Positions 1 to 10,400 of a DNA stretch of 64,000 nucleotides are shown in pieces (the first letter of the stretch is position 1; each line of letters opens with the position of its first letter). The DNA comes from Methylotenera sp. GTDB taxonomy: Bacteria; Pseudomonadota; Gammaproteobacteria; Burkholderiales; Methylophilaceae. The stretch covers positions 48,615 through 112,614 of the forward strand of contig JBLLNR010000005.1 in assembly GCA_048058875.1 (NCBI GenBank), written 5' to 3'. The position numbers and the translations under genes were made by a program. The notes beneath the pieces are model-generated. The model was not told where the DNA came from and did not search any database. It was given only the letters and a program-made list of their open reading frames with translations.

Positions 1-117
1 GTGCGCCACTTTGGCAATCCATTTAATGACCCAGACGTAAGTAAGGAATTCGGTAAAGAGAAAATGGCCAATATTCGCGCAATGCTAGCCGGAAAATCCA
101 CCGCTAAAACAAATTAG
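1..117 (+). CDS. 3' end of an unidentified upstream gene (partial)
   Basis: Frame 1 is open from the window edge to TAG at 115-117 (..RHFGNPFNDPDVSKEFGKEKMANIRAMLAGKSTAKTN*). I did not recognise a family. Confidence 0.3.
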   Translation: MRHFGNPFNDPDVSKEFGKEKMANIRAMLAGKSTAKTN

Positions 118-126
118 AGACAATCA

Positions 127-2034
127 ATGCCCTATATCACTTTAGACAATGCTTCACTCGCTTTTGGTCATCACGCACTGTTAGACAAGGCCTCGTTTCA
201 GTTGGATGCTGGTGAGCGCGTTGGCTTGATTGGGCGCAATGGCGCTGGTAAATCCAGCTTATTGAAAGCACTAGCAGGTGAAATCAAACTCGATGACGGT
301 AAGTTATGGACTGCACAATCTGTCAGTTCGGTTTATGTACCGCAAGAGCCAGAACTGAAGCAAGATCATACTGTATATCAGGCGGTTGCTGAAGGGCTAG
401 GCAACTTGCAAAAACTACTGGTGGCCTACCATGATGTCACTCATAAAATGAGCGAGCCCGGTGCGGACTATGATGTGCTTATAAAAGAGATGGAAGTCTT
501 ACAACATGAGCTCGATGCACAAAATGGATGGGAACTACAATCTAAAATTGAAACAGTGCTAACACGATTAAGTTTAGATGCTGACGTCATTATCTCTACA
601 CTATCTGGGGGCTGGCGCAAACGCGTTGCTTTAGGACGAGCTTTGGTCGCAGAGCCAGAAGTATTATTACTGGATGAGCCGACCAACCATTTAGATTTAG
701 AAGCAATCATATGGTTGGAAGAACTATTGTTGTCTTTCAAAGGTGCTGTGCTATTTATCACCCATGATAGACGCTTCTTAAATCGCCTTGCGACAAGGAT
801 CGTAGAGTTAGATCGCGGTCATCTCACGGATTTTGTGGGCACTTACCAAAACTATCTCATCAAAAAAGAAGAGTTGCTTGCAGTTGAGGCCACTCATGCC
901 GCAAAATTCGACAAGGTGTTGGCACAAGAAGAGGCTTGGATTCGCCAAGGCATTAAAGCACGACGTACCCGTAATGAAGGACGTGTAAGGCAATTAGAAC
1001 GATTGCGTTTAGAACGCGCAGCAAGACGCGAACGTCAAGGCAATGTCAAACTGAATATAGACGCCGGTGAGCGTTCAGGCAAACTAGTCGCCATGCTGGA
1101 AAACGTCAACAAATCCTACGGCGACAAAGTGTTAATTAAAGATTTTAGCACTCGCATTTTACGCGGCGACCGTATCGGATTACTTGGCCCTAACGGCATT
1201 GGCAAAAGCACCTTGCTTAAATTGATACTCGGTGAAATAGAGCCTGATAGCGGCAAAGTTGAACGAGGAACCAATTTAAATATTGCCTACTTCGACCAAA
1301 TGCGCGAGCAACTTGATGAGGAAGCCACGCTCGCAGATACCATCAGCCCTGGCTCTGACTTTGTCGAGATAGGAACCGAGCGTAAACATGTAATTAGCTA
1401 TCTTGAAGATTTTCTATTTCCACCCCAGCGGTCACGCTCACCTGTTAAATCCCTTTCTGGTGGCGAACGTAATCGCTTATTACTGGCTAGACTTTTTGCA
1501 CGCCCTACTAATGTCTTGGTTTTAGATGAACCTACCAATGATTTAGATATTGATACGTTAGAGTTATTGGAAAGCCTTTTGCAAGAATACAAAGGAACAC
1601 TATTCTTAGTGAGTCATGATCGAGAGTTCTTGGAAAATACGGTTACGCAAGTGATCGCTTTTGAAGGCAATGGTGTATTAGACGAATTCGGTGGGGGATA
1701 TGATGATTGGCAAAGGCACTCTCAACAAAAGCAGTCAGCAATATTAGTGGCTAAAAAAGAGACCGCTAAATCGATTGCCAAAACGCCTAACATTGAAAAA
1801 CCACCAGCACAAAAGTTAAGTTTTAATGAAAAAAAAGAGTTAGAAAGGCTGCCACAAGAAATTGAAAGATTAGAAAAGGAAGAAGCAGATATTACGACTC
1901 AATTTGCCAATCCGGACATTTATCGCGGCCAAGCCGATTTGGTTAAAAAGTTACAAACGAGATTGAGCGAAATCAAAACTGAAATTGAAACAAAAATGGA
2001 AAGATGGGAAACACTCGAAAAATTAAATGCGTAA
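127..2034 (+). CDS. uup: ABC-F family ATPase, Uup-like, with a C-terminal coiled coil
   Basis: Two ABC cassettes without TM segments. Walker A motifs GRNGAGKSS and GPNGIGKST; signatures LSGGWRKR and LSGGERNR. Lys/Glu-rich C-terminal tail. The 635-aa length matches Uup. Confidence 0.85.
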   Translation: MPYITLDNASLAFGHHALLDKASFQLDAGERVGLIGRNGAGKSSLLKALAGEIKLDDGKLWTAQSVSSVYVPQEPELKQDHTVYQAVAEGLGNLQKLLVAYHDVTHKMSEPGADYDVLIKEMEVLQHELDAQNGWELQSKIETVLTRLSLDADVIISTLSGGWRKRVALGRALVAEPEVLLLDEPTNHLDLEAIIWLEELLLSFKGAVLFITHDRRFLNRLATRIVELDRGHLTDFVGTYQNYLIKKEELLAVEATHAAKFDKVLAQEEAWIRQGIKARRTRNEGRVRQLERLRLERAARRERQGNVKLNIDAGERSGKLVAMLENVNKSYGDKVLIKDFSTRILRGDRIGLLGPNGIGKSTLLKLILGEIEPDSGKVERGTNLNIAYFDQMREQLDEEATLADTISPGSDFVEIGTERKHVISYLEDFLFPPQRSRSPVKSLSGGERNRLLLARLFARPTNVLVLDEPTNDLDIDTLELLESLLQEYKGTLFLVSHDREFLENTVTQVIAFEGNGVLDEFGGGYDDWQRHSQQKQSAILVAKKETAKSIAKTPNIEKPPAQKLSFNEKKELERLPQEIERLEKEEADITTQFANPDIYRGQADLVKKLQTRLSEIKTEIETKMERWETLEKLNA

Positions 2035-2112
2035 GGTTGGCTGGCATGTATTTAGCTTATTCATATCAATTATCTCTATTTTGAATATCAAGCGACATGG
2101 CCAAATAACATC

Positions 2113-3336
2113 ATGATTAACTCCCTATCCTTTGCTCGTCACGGTGACAAACAGAACTCAGCATTTTTTGAAGAATATCTACAGCTCATTTTAGAAGACA
2201 GAGACCAACTTGGTCTCACCGAAATGGTACATGAAATTGACGCACTGATGATTACAGTTGACCCTGACAACTCCATCGAATATATCGCTGAGCTCTGTCT
2301 GATGACACCCTATCATTATCTGGTCACATTGGAGAGCGAGTCCCACTGGACACATATTCTACGCATCGATTTAAACTCACCTGATTTAATCGTGCGTGAA
2401 GTAAAAGATCCAAATTTCAGAGGTATCTTCCGCTCCTTAAATGAGATTTATCCTGTTGGTTCGCGTAAACCTAATAGCCGCTATATGGGGGAAATCATTC
2501 GTGTCACAAATAAACACGAAGTAGAAAAAATCCAGACTTCGCGCGAATTTAGATTTTTTAATCAAAATGATATTCGCAAACTAGAACTACCGGGTAATTT
2601 AGCCATCAGTAAACCATCACCCTACACGCACAATATCGTGGGTTATCTGGAGCGTAGTGTGGCTGATATTAGGGTGTATGCCCTTGGGATTAGCACCATA
2701 AGAGATGACGTGCAATCAGCCTATGAGAAAGCCAAAGAGCTACAAGAAAACTTAGGCATTCATGATTTAATTTTACCAGTTGATCACCTTGCCACACGCA
2801 TCTATAGCCAGAATAGAGAAGTTGCAATTCTTGAATATTTATCATTGTCCAGTTACCATTTTTGGGGTGCATATAATATTAAAGATCAAAACTCTTCAAC
2901 CAATGTCACTAAAAGCGTGCATGCAGTTCCTGAGTCAAAAAGTCCTGCTAAAGTCTTTACGGCTAACAACACGCCCTACTTCGTGAATCATTTAGAGAAG
3001 CTGCCATCGCCGACTGAAACATTCGTGCGTAATTATGGCCCTCGCCTGCACCACATGGCATTGGCAGTAAAAGATGGTGAACGAAATGGCATTGAGAATA
3101 TTGATTATGTAGTTAACTCCATTGCAGAACAAGGAAAAGGCTTCTTGTTAGATGTAATTGGATCAAAAGAACAAGGTCTAAAACAGATATTCTCCAATGC
3201 CTCTGAGCACTCCTCACTCATTATTGAATATGTTCAGCGCTATGGCGATTTTAATGGATTCTTTACCAAAGAAAACGTGGCAGCATTGACAGAAGCGGCA
3301 GGCGTTGAAGAGGGAGTCAGAGCTTTGGATGTTTAA
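2113..3336 (+). CDS. VOC-superfamily protein with a 4-hydroxyphenylpyruvate-dioxygenase-like C-terminal half (putative Fe(II) dioxygenase)
   Basis: Blocks VDHLATRI, GPRLHHMALAV and GLKQIFS..SLIIEYVQRYGDFNGFFTKENVAAL resemble the HPPD 2-His-1-Glu arrangement and the HPPD C-terminal LLQIFT..FFEIIQR..GFG.GNF motif. The N-terminal ~200 aa were not recognised. Confidence 0.5.
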   Translation: MINSLSFARHGDKQNSAFFEEYLQLILEDRDQLGLTEMVHEIDALMITVDPDNSIEYIAELCLMTPYHYLVTLESESHWTHILRIDLNSPDLIVREVKDPNFRGIFRSLNEIYPVGSRKPNSRYMGEIIRVTNKHEVEKIQTSREFRFFNQNDIRKLELPGNLAISKPSPYTHNIVGYLERSVADIRVYALGISTIRDDVQSAYEKAKELQENLGIHDLILPVDHLATRIYSQNREVAILEYLSLSSYHFWGAYNIKDQNSSTNVTKSVHAVPESKSPAKVFTANNTPYFVNHLEKLPSPTETFVRNYGPRLHHMALAVKDGERNGIENIDYVVNSIAEQGKGFLLDVIGSKEQGLKQIFSNASEHSSLIIEYVQRYGDFNGFFTKENVAALTEAAGVEEGVRALDV

Positions 3337-3409
3337 TACAACCATCGCAAAATACTGGCATAGTATTCGCTAGTTATTCCACAGAACATTGTGTAAGATA
3401 AAAACTAGA

Positions 3410-4858
3410 ATGAAAATATCCTCTATAGAATACGCCTCAATTCAAGCTTACGATGAGTTGCTTGACAAAAACTTGGTGCCACGAGATGTTGCGAAGCCCA
3501 TGCTAGATTACTTGGCATCACTAGATGAAGCCGAGCTAGCTGCTAGAAAACAAGCTGTTGATGCAGCCATTTTAGCCATGGGGATTACCTTCACAATCTA
3601 CTCCGACGCAGGCAATATAGATAGAGCGTGGCCTTTTGACATTGTGCCGAGGATCATCAGTAGTAAGGAATGGGACACGGTCCAAGAAGGTCTCAAACAG
3701 CGGCTAACAGCACTCAATATGTTTATTAACGACCTCTATAACAATCAAAAGATTGTAAAAGATGGTGTTTTCCCGATTGAAGTATTAAATGGCTCTAAGA
3801 ATTTCAGGGAACAGTGTATAGGCATTACGCCTCGTTTTGGTGCATGGGCGCATATATGCGGCACTGATTTGGTTAGAGATGATGATGGTACGATGTACGT
3901 GCTGGAAGATAACTTAAGAATTCCTTCTGGTGTATCTTATATGTTAGAGAACCGCCAGATTATGAAACGGGTTTTCCCCGAACTATTTCAAATCTCAAAT
4001 ATCAAACCGGTCGATAACTACCCCGCTATGCTATATAAAACGTTAGCAGCGTTATCACCACGTAAAAACAAATCCCCAGTCATCGTTGTGTTAACACCAG
4101 GCATTTATAACTCTGCATATTTTGAACACAGCTATTTAGCTGAGCAAATGAGTGCCAATCTAGCTGAAGGTTCTGATTTAGTAGTCGATGACAAAGACAT
4201 TGTCTATCTCAAAACAATCACTGGACTAGAACGAGTCGATGTCGTCTACCGCCGCGTTGATGATGACTTTATAGACCCAGAAGTATTTAACCCTGAATCA
4301 GTACTGGGCGTAAAAGGCCTGATGCGCGCATGGCGCAAAGGCAATGTAGCAATTGCTAATGCACCTGGTGCAGGCGTAGCTGATGATAAAGTAGTGTATA
4401 CCTTTGTCCCACAAATCATTAAATATTATCTTGACCAAGACCCAATCATCCAAAACGTACCAAGCTACTTGTGTATGTATGACGACCAACGTGATTACGT
4501 CCTGAAAAATTTAGATAAATTAGTCGTAAAGCCTGCCAATGAATCTGGCGGGTATGGCATGTTAATAGGCCCTCGAGCAAGCAAAAAAGAACGTGATCAA
4601 TTTGCTGACTTAATCCGTGCAAATCCACGTAATTACATGGCGCAACCTACGCTTAACATTTCTACTGGCCCAACCATTATCAATGGCCAACTGGCACCGC
4701 GCCATCTGGACTTACGCCCGTTTGTACTTCAATCAAATCAGCTTCATGTCACAATGGGTGGGTTAACACGCGTTGCGATGCGTCAAGGCTCATTGGTAGT
4801 CAACTCATCTCAAGGTGGTGGTAGTAAAGACACGTGGATTGTAGAAGGAGACAGCTAG
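3410..4858 (+). CDS. Circularly permuted ATP-grasp type 2 protein (DUF404/DUF407 amidoligase family)
   Basis: Family-typical blocks VLEDNLRIPSGVSYMLENR and VVKPANESGGYGMLIGP; ~480 aa; immediately followed by an alpha-E gene. The ORF track starts at a TTG at 3389; the ATG at 3410 (MKISSIEY) is the more likely start. Confidence 0.85.
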   Translation: MKISSIEYASIQAYDELLDKNLVPRDVAKPMLDYLASLDEAELAARKQAVDAAILAMGITFTIYSDAGNIDRAWPFDIVPRIISSKEWDTVQEGLKQRLTALNMFINDLYNNQKIVKDGVFPIEVLNGSKNFREQCIGITPRFGAWAHICGTDLVRDDDGTMYVLEDNLRIPSGVSYMLENRQIMKRVFPELFQISNIKPVDNYPAMLYKTLAALSPRKNKSPVIVVLTPGIYNSAYFEHSYLAEQMSANLAEGSDLVVDDKDIVYLKTITGLERVDVVYRRVDDDFIDPEVFNPESVLGVKGLMRAWRKGNVAIANAPGAGVADDKVVYTFVPQIIKYYLDQDPIIQNVPSYLCMYDDQRDYVLKNLDKLVVKPANESGGYGMLIGPRASKKERDQFADLIRANPRNYMAQPTLNISTGPTIINGQLAPRHLDLRPFVLQSNQLHVTMGGLTRVAMRQGSLVVNSSQGGGSKDTWIVEGDS

Positions 4859-4859
4859 T

Positions 4860-5795
4860 ATGATGCTTGCGCGCGATGCTGAAAACTTCTATTGGATGGC
4901 ACGATATCTTGAGCGAGCAGAAAACACTGCACGCTTGATTATTAAAATTACTGACACCTTATTAGACATGCCAACCGATGCCTCTATTGGCTGGAAAACT
5001 TTGTTACAGATTGTTGGCGTCGACCATCTCTACCATGAACATTACAAAATAGCCAAAGAAAATGACATTATTCATTTTTTGATTGCGGATGAGCGCAATC
5101 CTAGCTCAATTTTAGCCTGTATTAAATATGCTCGTGAAAACACCCGGACGTTAAGAGAGCTCTTACCAGAAGAACTCTGGGAGCGTGTAAACAGTTTGTA
5201 TTTATATATTTTAAGCAATATTGCTGAGACCTCGCAAAAAAGGCGTAAAAAATATGTTTTCCTACAAGAGGTTATCTACCGCAGACAGGCGATTATTGGT
5301 CTGATTTTTGGTGCTATGGAGCGTAATTTGCCCTATCATTTCATGAAGATGGGAAGAAATCTAGAGCGTGCTGACATGACAACAAGAATTATGGATGTCA
5401 ACTATGCAATTTCGCTACCAGAGAATCACCCGCTATACGAAGTAGCCAAAGAGACGCTTTGGGCAAGTATTTTGAAGTCTCTGTCAGGTTACCAAACCTA
5501 CAGGCGGCTGAAACACTTTCATGTGACCATGCCAGACGTCGTTGATTTTCTATTCAATGAAAAAAACTTTCCTCGCAGTATCTTACATTGTATCGGTGAA
5601 CTTGAAAATTGCTTGGTTGATATGCCTAATAATAAAGAAGTGCTTAAAACAGTCAGATTAGCGCAAAAATCTCTAGCGAAGAAAGATGAACAAAACATGA
5701 GCGAAGAGAAACTGCATGACCATATTGACCTTTCTCAGCAATTTATTGGTGATATCAATAATGCCATAACAAAACAGTACTTTAATAACAAATAG
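4860..5795 (+). CDS. Alpha-E domain protein (DUF403)
   Basis: The N-terminal LARDAENFYWMARYLERAENTARL is the hallmark alpha-E motif. It sits 2 bp after the ATP-grasp stop, which is the usual pairing. Confidence 0.85.
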   Translation: MMLARDAENFYWMARYLERAENTARLIIKITDTLLDMPTDASIGWKTLLQIVGVDHLYHEHYKIAKENDIIHFLIADERNPSSILACIKYARENTRTLRELLPEELWERVNSLYLYILSNIAETSQKRRKKYVFLQEVIYRRQAIIGLIFGAMERNLPYHFMKMGRNLERADMTTRIMDVNYAISLPENHPLYEVAKETLWASILKSLSGYQTYRRLKHFHVTMPDVVDFLFNEKNFPRSILHCIGELENCLVDMPNNKEVLKTVRLAQKSLAKKDEQNMSEEKLHDHIDLSQQFIGDINNAITKQYFNNK

Positions 5796-6520
5796 TGTCT
5801 TATAGCTTATCAATTCATACTGATGAAGGACTCGTCTTATGTGCCAGCACTGTCCTTGTACAAAGTACGGAAGGGACGCAACCAAGTACCAATATGCAAC
5901 GTTTCATCTGGCCAGGAGATCGTTTTGTCACAATCTTATCCTCTGGTAACCAGAAAACAATTGACAGTGTTTTAAATAAAATTCGTCAAGATTTAAATAC
6001 GCAATTACCTACAACACTGTTAACGCCTAACACCATGGATGAAATAGCAGACTATATTGCAGCTATCAGTGTCCAACAACAAAAAAATTTAATCCAGCAG
6101 TTCGGTGAAGATGAGGCGTACGAAGCTAATTTTATTGTGGCTGGTCAAATCGCTAACAAACAAATGGCAACATTGCTCATTTATGCTCAAGGTAATTTTA
6201 TTCATGAGCCCAACTCGTCACCATTTTTGCAAATTGGCGAAATCAAATATGGGAAACCGATTTTAGACCGCGTTATTAAACGAGATACGAATCTAAATAC
6301 CGCAGCGCATGCCGCATTTGTCTCTGTTGACTCTAACATCAAAAGTAATCCCAGTAACCTAATAAAAACTGAAATAATGATTTATAAAAAAGATAGTCTT
6401 GAAATAAGTGCTTACTTAGTCCTTGATAATAATGATGCTTTCTTTAAGAATACTTCTGCATCATGGAATCAAGGTGTTATTGGTGCGTTAGAGACCTTGC
6501 CAAAATTTTATTGGGAGTAA
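5795..6520 (+). CDS. Anbu-like proteasome-family paralogue with degenerate catalytic residues
   Basis: About 40% identical by eye to the next gene along its whole length (EGLVLC, ILSSGN, FIVAGQI, GKPILDR, LPKF.WE). It has Ser2/Ser18/Asn33 where the neighbour has Thr2/Asp18/Lys33. The GTG start overlaps the alpha-E stop. Confidence 0.65.
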   Translation: MSYSLSIHTDEGLVLCASTVLVQSTEGTQPSTNMQRFIWPGDRFVTILSSGNQKTIDSVLNKIRQDLNTQLPTTLLTPNTMDEIADYIAAISVQQQKNLIQQFGEDEAYEANFIVAGQIANKQMATLLIYAQGNFIHEPNSSPFLQIGEIKYGKPILDRVIKRDTNLNTAAHAAFVSVDSNIKSNPSNLIKTEIMIYKKDSLEISAYLVLDNNDAFFKNTSASWNQGVIGALETLPKFYWE

Positions 6521-6668
6521 CTAAAACGTAAACTAAAGTATATTTATTTCGTTAATTTACTTTTACAGTTTCACATTAATGAACTACTATTGCTGTTAAA
6601 CAAAAATAATTATAATTGCAAAACTTAAGAAGTAACGCAGAAGCTGCGTTCCCGGGGACTACTTAACA

Positions 6669-7439
6669 ATGACCTATTGTCTAGCCATAAATACAAATGA
6701 AGGTTTGGTGCTCTGCTCAGACTCAAGGACTAATGCAGGCTTTGATAATGTATCTACCTACAACAAAATGCATACATTTTCATGGCTAAACAATCGTTTT
6801 ATCACCATTTTGTCATCTGGTAACTTGGCTACCACACAACAAGTGCTAAAAAAAATACAAACTGATATTGATAAAGGTTTTTTGCCTAATTTACTCAGTG
6901 TTAATTCCATGCATGAGGCCATTGATTACATTGCCTCAGTGAGCACAACTATACAAAACGTACATGTTGTTCGTGATGCCAGTAATACCAGCTTTCAAGC
7001 AACGTTTATAGTCGCTGGTCAAATAGGCTCTGATAAACCAGAAACTTGTTTAATTTATCCTCAAGGTAATTACATTCATGAGTCAGACGAACATCCCTAC
7101 ATACAAATAGGCGAAACTAAATATGGCAAACCGATTCTAGATCGGATTATCAGTCGAGAAACATCGCTTAATAGGGCTGCTCGTTGTGCACTTGTGTCAA
7201 TGAACTCCACTATCCGAAGTAATCTTACAGTTGGCCCGCCAATTGATTTAATGCTCTATGAAAAAGATAGCCTAAGCGAGGGTAGAAAACTGCATTTAAC
7301 GGAAGATGATACTTTTGCAAAAGAGTTGGCAGAAAAATGGAATAATGGCTTAATTAACGCATTGATGAGCTTGCCTAAATTCGAATGGGAACAACAAGAT
7401 CAGCTTAATTCACAAAACATTCAACAAAACGTTAACTAA
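6669..7439 (+). CDS. Anbu-type bacterial proteasome homologue (Ntn hydrolase, ancestral beta-subunit family)
   Basis: The N-terminus MTYCLAINTNEGLVLCSDSRTNAG matches the Anbu signature: Thr directly after Met, DSRTNAG, and Lys33. It is genetically linked to cpATP-grasp, alpha-E and transglutaminase genes, as described for Anbu operons. Confidence 0.78.
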   Translation: MTYCLAINTNEGLVLCSDSRTNAGFDNVSTYNKMHTFSWLNNRFITILSSGNLATTQQVLKKIQTDIDKGFLPNLLSVNSMHEAIDYIASVSTTIQNVHVVRDASNTSFQATFIVAGQIGSDKPETCLIYPQGNYIHESDEHPYIQIGETKYGKPILDRIISRETSLNRAARCALVSMNSTIRSNLTVGPPIDLMLYEKDSLSEGRKLHLTEDDTFAKELAEKWNNGLINALMSLPKFEWEQQDQLNSQNIQQNVN

Positions 7440-7445
7440 ATTACT

Positions 7446-10400
7446 CTAATCTGCCAGCCATCTTAAATCTAAGGTGAGTGGAAATCTGGGGTTGCGTGTC
7501 TCTTGCTTGACTTCTAATTTACCAGGTTTATGACCATGCCCCCAGAAACGGGCAAAACGACGCGCTTCCGCTTCATTGGCATTCACAGGGAACGTGTCAT
7601 AGTTACGTCCACCTGGATGCGATACATGGTAAGTGCATCCCCCTATCGCCCTGCTACTCCAGGTATCAACCAAGTCAAACACCAAAGGTGCTTGTACTTT
7701 AATAGTAGGGTGCAAAGCCGACCATGGACTCCAAGCACGAAAACGAACACCTGCAACATACTCACCCACATTACCTGTCGGCTGCAATGGTAATGCCCGC
7801 CCGTTACAAGTAACAATATGACGCCCATCAGTGAGTCCTCTCACTCTTAGCTGCATCCTTTCCACTGATGAATCCACATAGCGCGCAGTACCACCACCAC
7901 TCATTTCTTCACCTAGTACGTTCCAAGGCTCAATTGCCTGACGTAATTCTAATTCTACACCTTGATAAGCAACGGTACCGAACCGGGGGAAGCGAAACTC
8001 AACAAAAGGATCAAACCAATGTTGCTCAAATCCATAGCCAAAATCTTGTAAATCAGTCACAACGTCTGCGATATCCTGAGCTACATAGTGCGGCAACATC
8101 CAGCGGTCATGCAGTTCGGTACCCCAATGAATCAATTTACCTTGATATGGCTCTTTCCAGAAACGAGCTACCAAAGCACGCAATAACAGGCTTTGTAGTA
8201 AACTCATACGCGCATGTGGCGGCATTTCAAATGCTCTAAATTCAACTAACCCCAATCTACCCGTTGGACCATCGGGAGAATAAAGTTTATCAATTGAAAA
8301 CTCAGCACGATGCGTATTACCCGTTAAATCAACTAGTAAGTTGCGTAACAAACGGTCTACCAACCATGGCCTTTTGCTCTCCTCAGTTTTAGGTAAGTTT
8401 TTTTCCATTTGCTGAAAAGCGATAGCTAGTTCATATAAATTATCATCACGTGCTTCATCAACTCGTGGTGCCTGACTAGTTGGTCCGATAAAAGTACCAG
8501 AAAATAAATAAGACAATGCTGGATGATTTTGCCAATAGGTAATTAAACTTTTTAATACATCTGGCCTTCTCAGCATTGGACTATCTTCAGCAGTAGCGCC
8601 GCCTAATGTTGCATGATTTCCACCCCCTGTACCAGTGTGACGCCCATCTAACATAAACTTCTCAGTTCCTAGTCGGCATAAACGGGCTTCTTCATACAAT
8701 GTCGTGACATTGTTAACCAGCTCTGACCACGAGTCAGCAGGATGGATGTTTACCTCAATGACACCTGGATCAGGTGTCACACTCAACATCTTAATCCGTG
8801 CGTCTCGCGGTGGCGTATAACCCTCTAGCCATAGCTTCAGTTTAAGGCTTGCTGCCGTATCCTCAATGACCCGTATCAGCATAAGATAATCATCTAACCG
8901 TTCCATGGGTGGCATAAAGACATGGAGCCGACCGTTTCTGACTTGTACACATAACGCCGTATGAATAACATCGCGGGGCAACGGTTTCTTTTGTTTACTT
9001 TTGACTTTTACTTTGATTGTAGAACTATCATTGCTGAGTTCCTCCTGCTGTTCAAAAGGATCAATAGCAAAATCGGGCTCCATCTCATCTGGCAACATCC
9101 ACGGCAGTGATTTCAATGGTAAACGCAGGCCCATTGGTGAATCCCCGCTTAGTAAGTATAAATGTTCACGCTTGAGCGGCCATTTACTAGTCAACCATTC
9201 AACATCATTTTTTTTGTCATTTGCCTTTTTGCGTTGACTGCTCTTAGCTGGCTTTATCGGCATTACATAACCGACAACTTCTTGTAGACCACGCTCTAGT
9301 AACCGAGCTAGACGACGTCTTTCTTCACTATCCTTCAAATCAACTTTTAAAGGATCTATGTTTTCTGGGAATTGCTCTTCTAAGTGTGCTAGTGCAACAA
9401 CATCTTCATAGGCAGGTATTAAGCAGGCTTTGGGGAAATCAAGCTTTTCAACTAAAGTATTTGCAAATAAGAGAGCATGCTCTGATGTGTAATTGTCTTT
9501 TACTTTTTCATCTGAAAACAGACTTTCATCACGCCAAATTGGTTTGCCGTCTATGCGCCAAAACATACTAATTGCCCAGCGTGGTAAAGGTTCACCAGGA
9601 TACCACTTACCTTGACCATAATGTAGCAGGCTACCCTTAGTAAAGTGCTGCTTTAATTTAATCGCTAACTCACCAGCAAGCTCACGCTTCTTTTTGCCAT
9701 GTGCCTCAGTATTCCATTCTGCACCTTCCATGTCATCAATTGACACAAAAGTAGGCTCTCCACCTTGTGTCAACCTGACATCTTGTTTTTTCAAATCACT
9801 ATCGACCTTTTTACCCAGTCGATCAATTTTCAACCAATCATCTTCTGAATATGGTTTCGTCACTCTTGGGTCTTCATGAATTCTGGTTATGGTCATTTCA
9901 TGATTAAATGTCACCTCTGCAATATCTGATAAACCCGTCACAGGTGCAGCGGATGAAGGTAGCGCAGTACAGGCTAACGGAATATGTCCCTCTCCTGCTA
10001 ATAAACCCGAAGTTGGGTCTAATCCAATCCAGCCAGCACCTGGAATGAAGACCTCTGCCCAAGCATGCAAATCCGTAAAATCTACCTTAGTGCCACTGGG
10101 GCCATCTAGGGCTTCTATATCTGCGGTTAATTGAATCAAATAACCAGAAACAAAGCGTGCAGCTAAACCTAAATGACGACATATTTGCACCAGCAGCCAA
10201 GCAGTATCGCGACATGAACCCGTTTTATTAGTAAGGGTTTCTTCAGGTGTTTGAATACCTGGCTCCATTCGCACCAAATAACCAATTTCCTTTTGCAGGG
10301 CTTGATTAACAGCAACTAAAAAATTAGCCGTACTCAAGTTTTGCGTAACAAGCTCTTTTTCAACTTTGGCAACCCAATCTTTTAATAATGGTTTCATTGG

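Noticed and set aside
468-10000. Numerous 60-125-aa ORFs antisense to uup, the ATP-grasp gene and the large transglutaminase gene (e.g. 468-761, 7868-8239, 9001-9237).
   Set aside because: They are embedded in longer genes with clear family motifs on the other strand and have no independent support.
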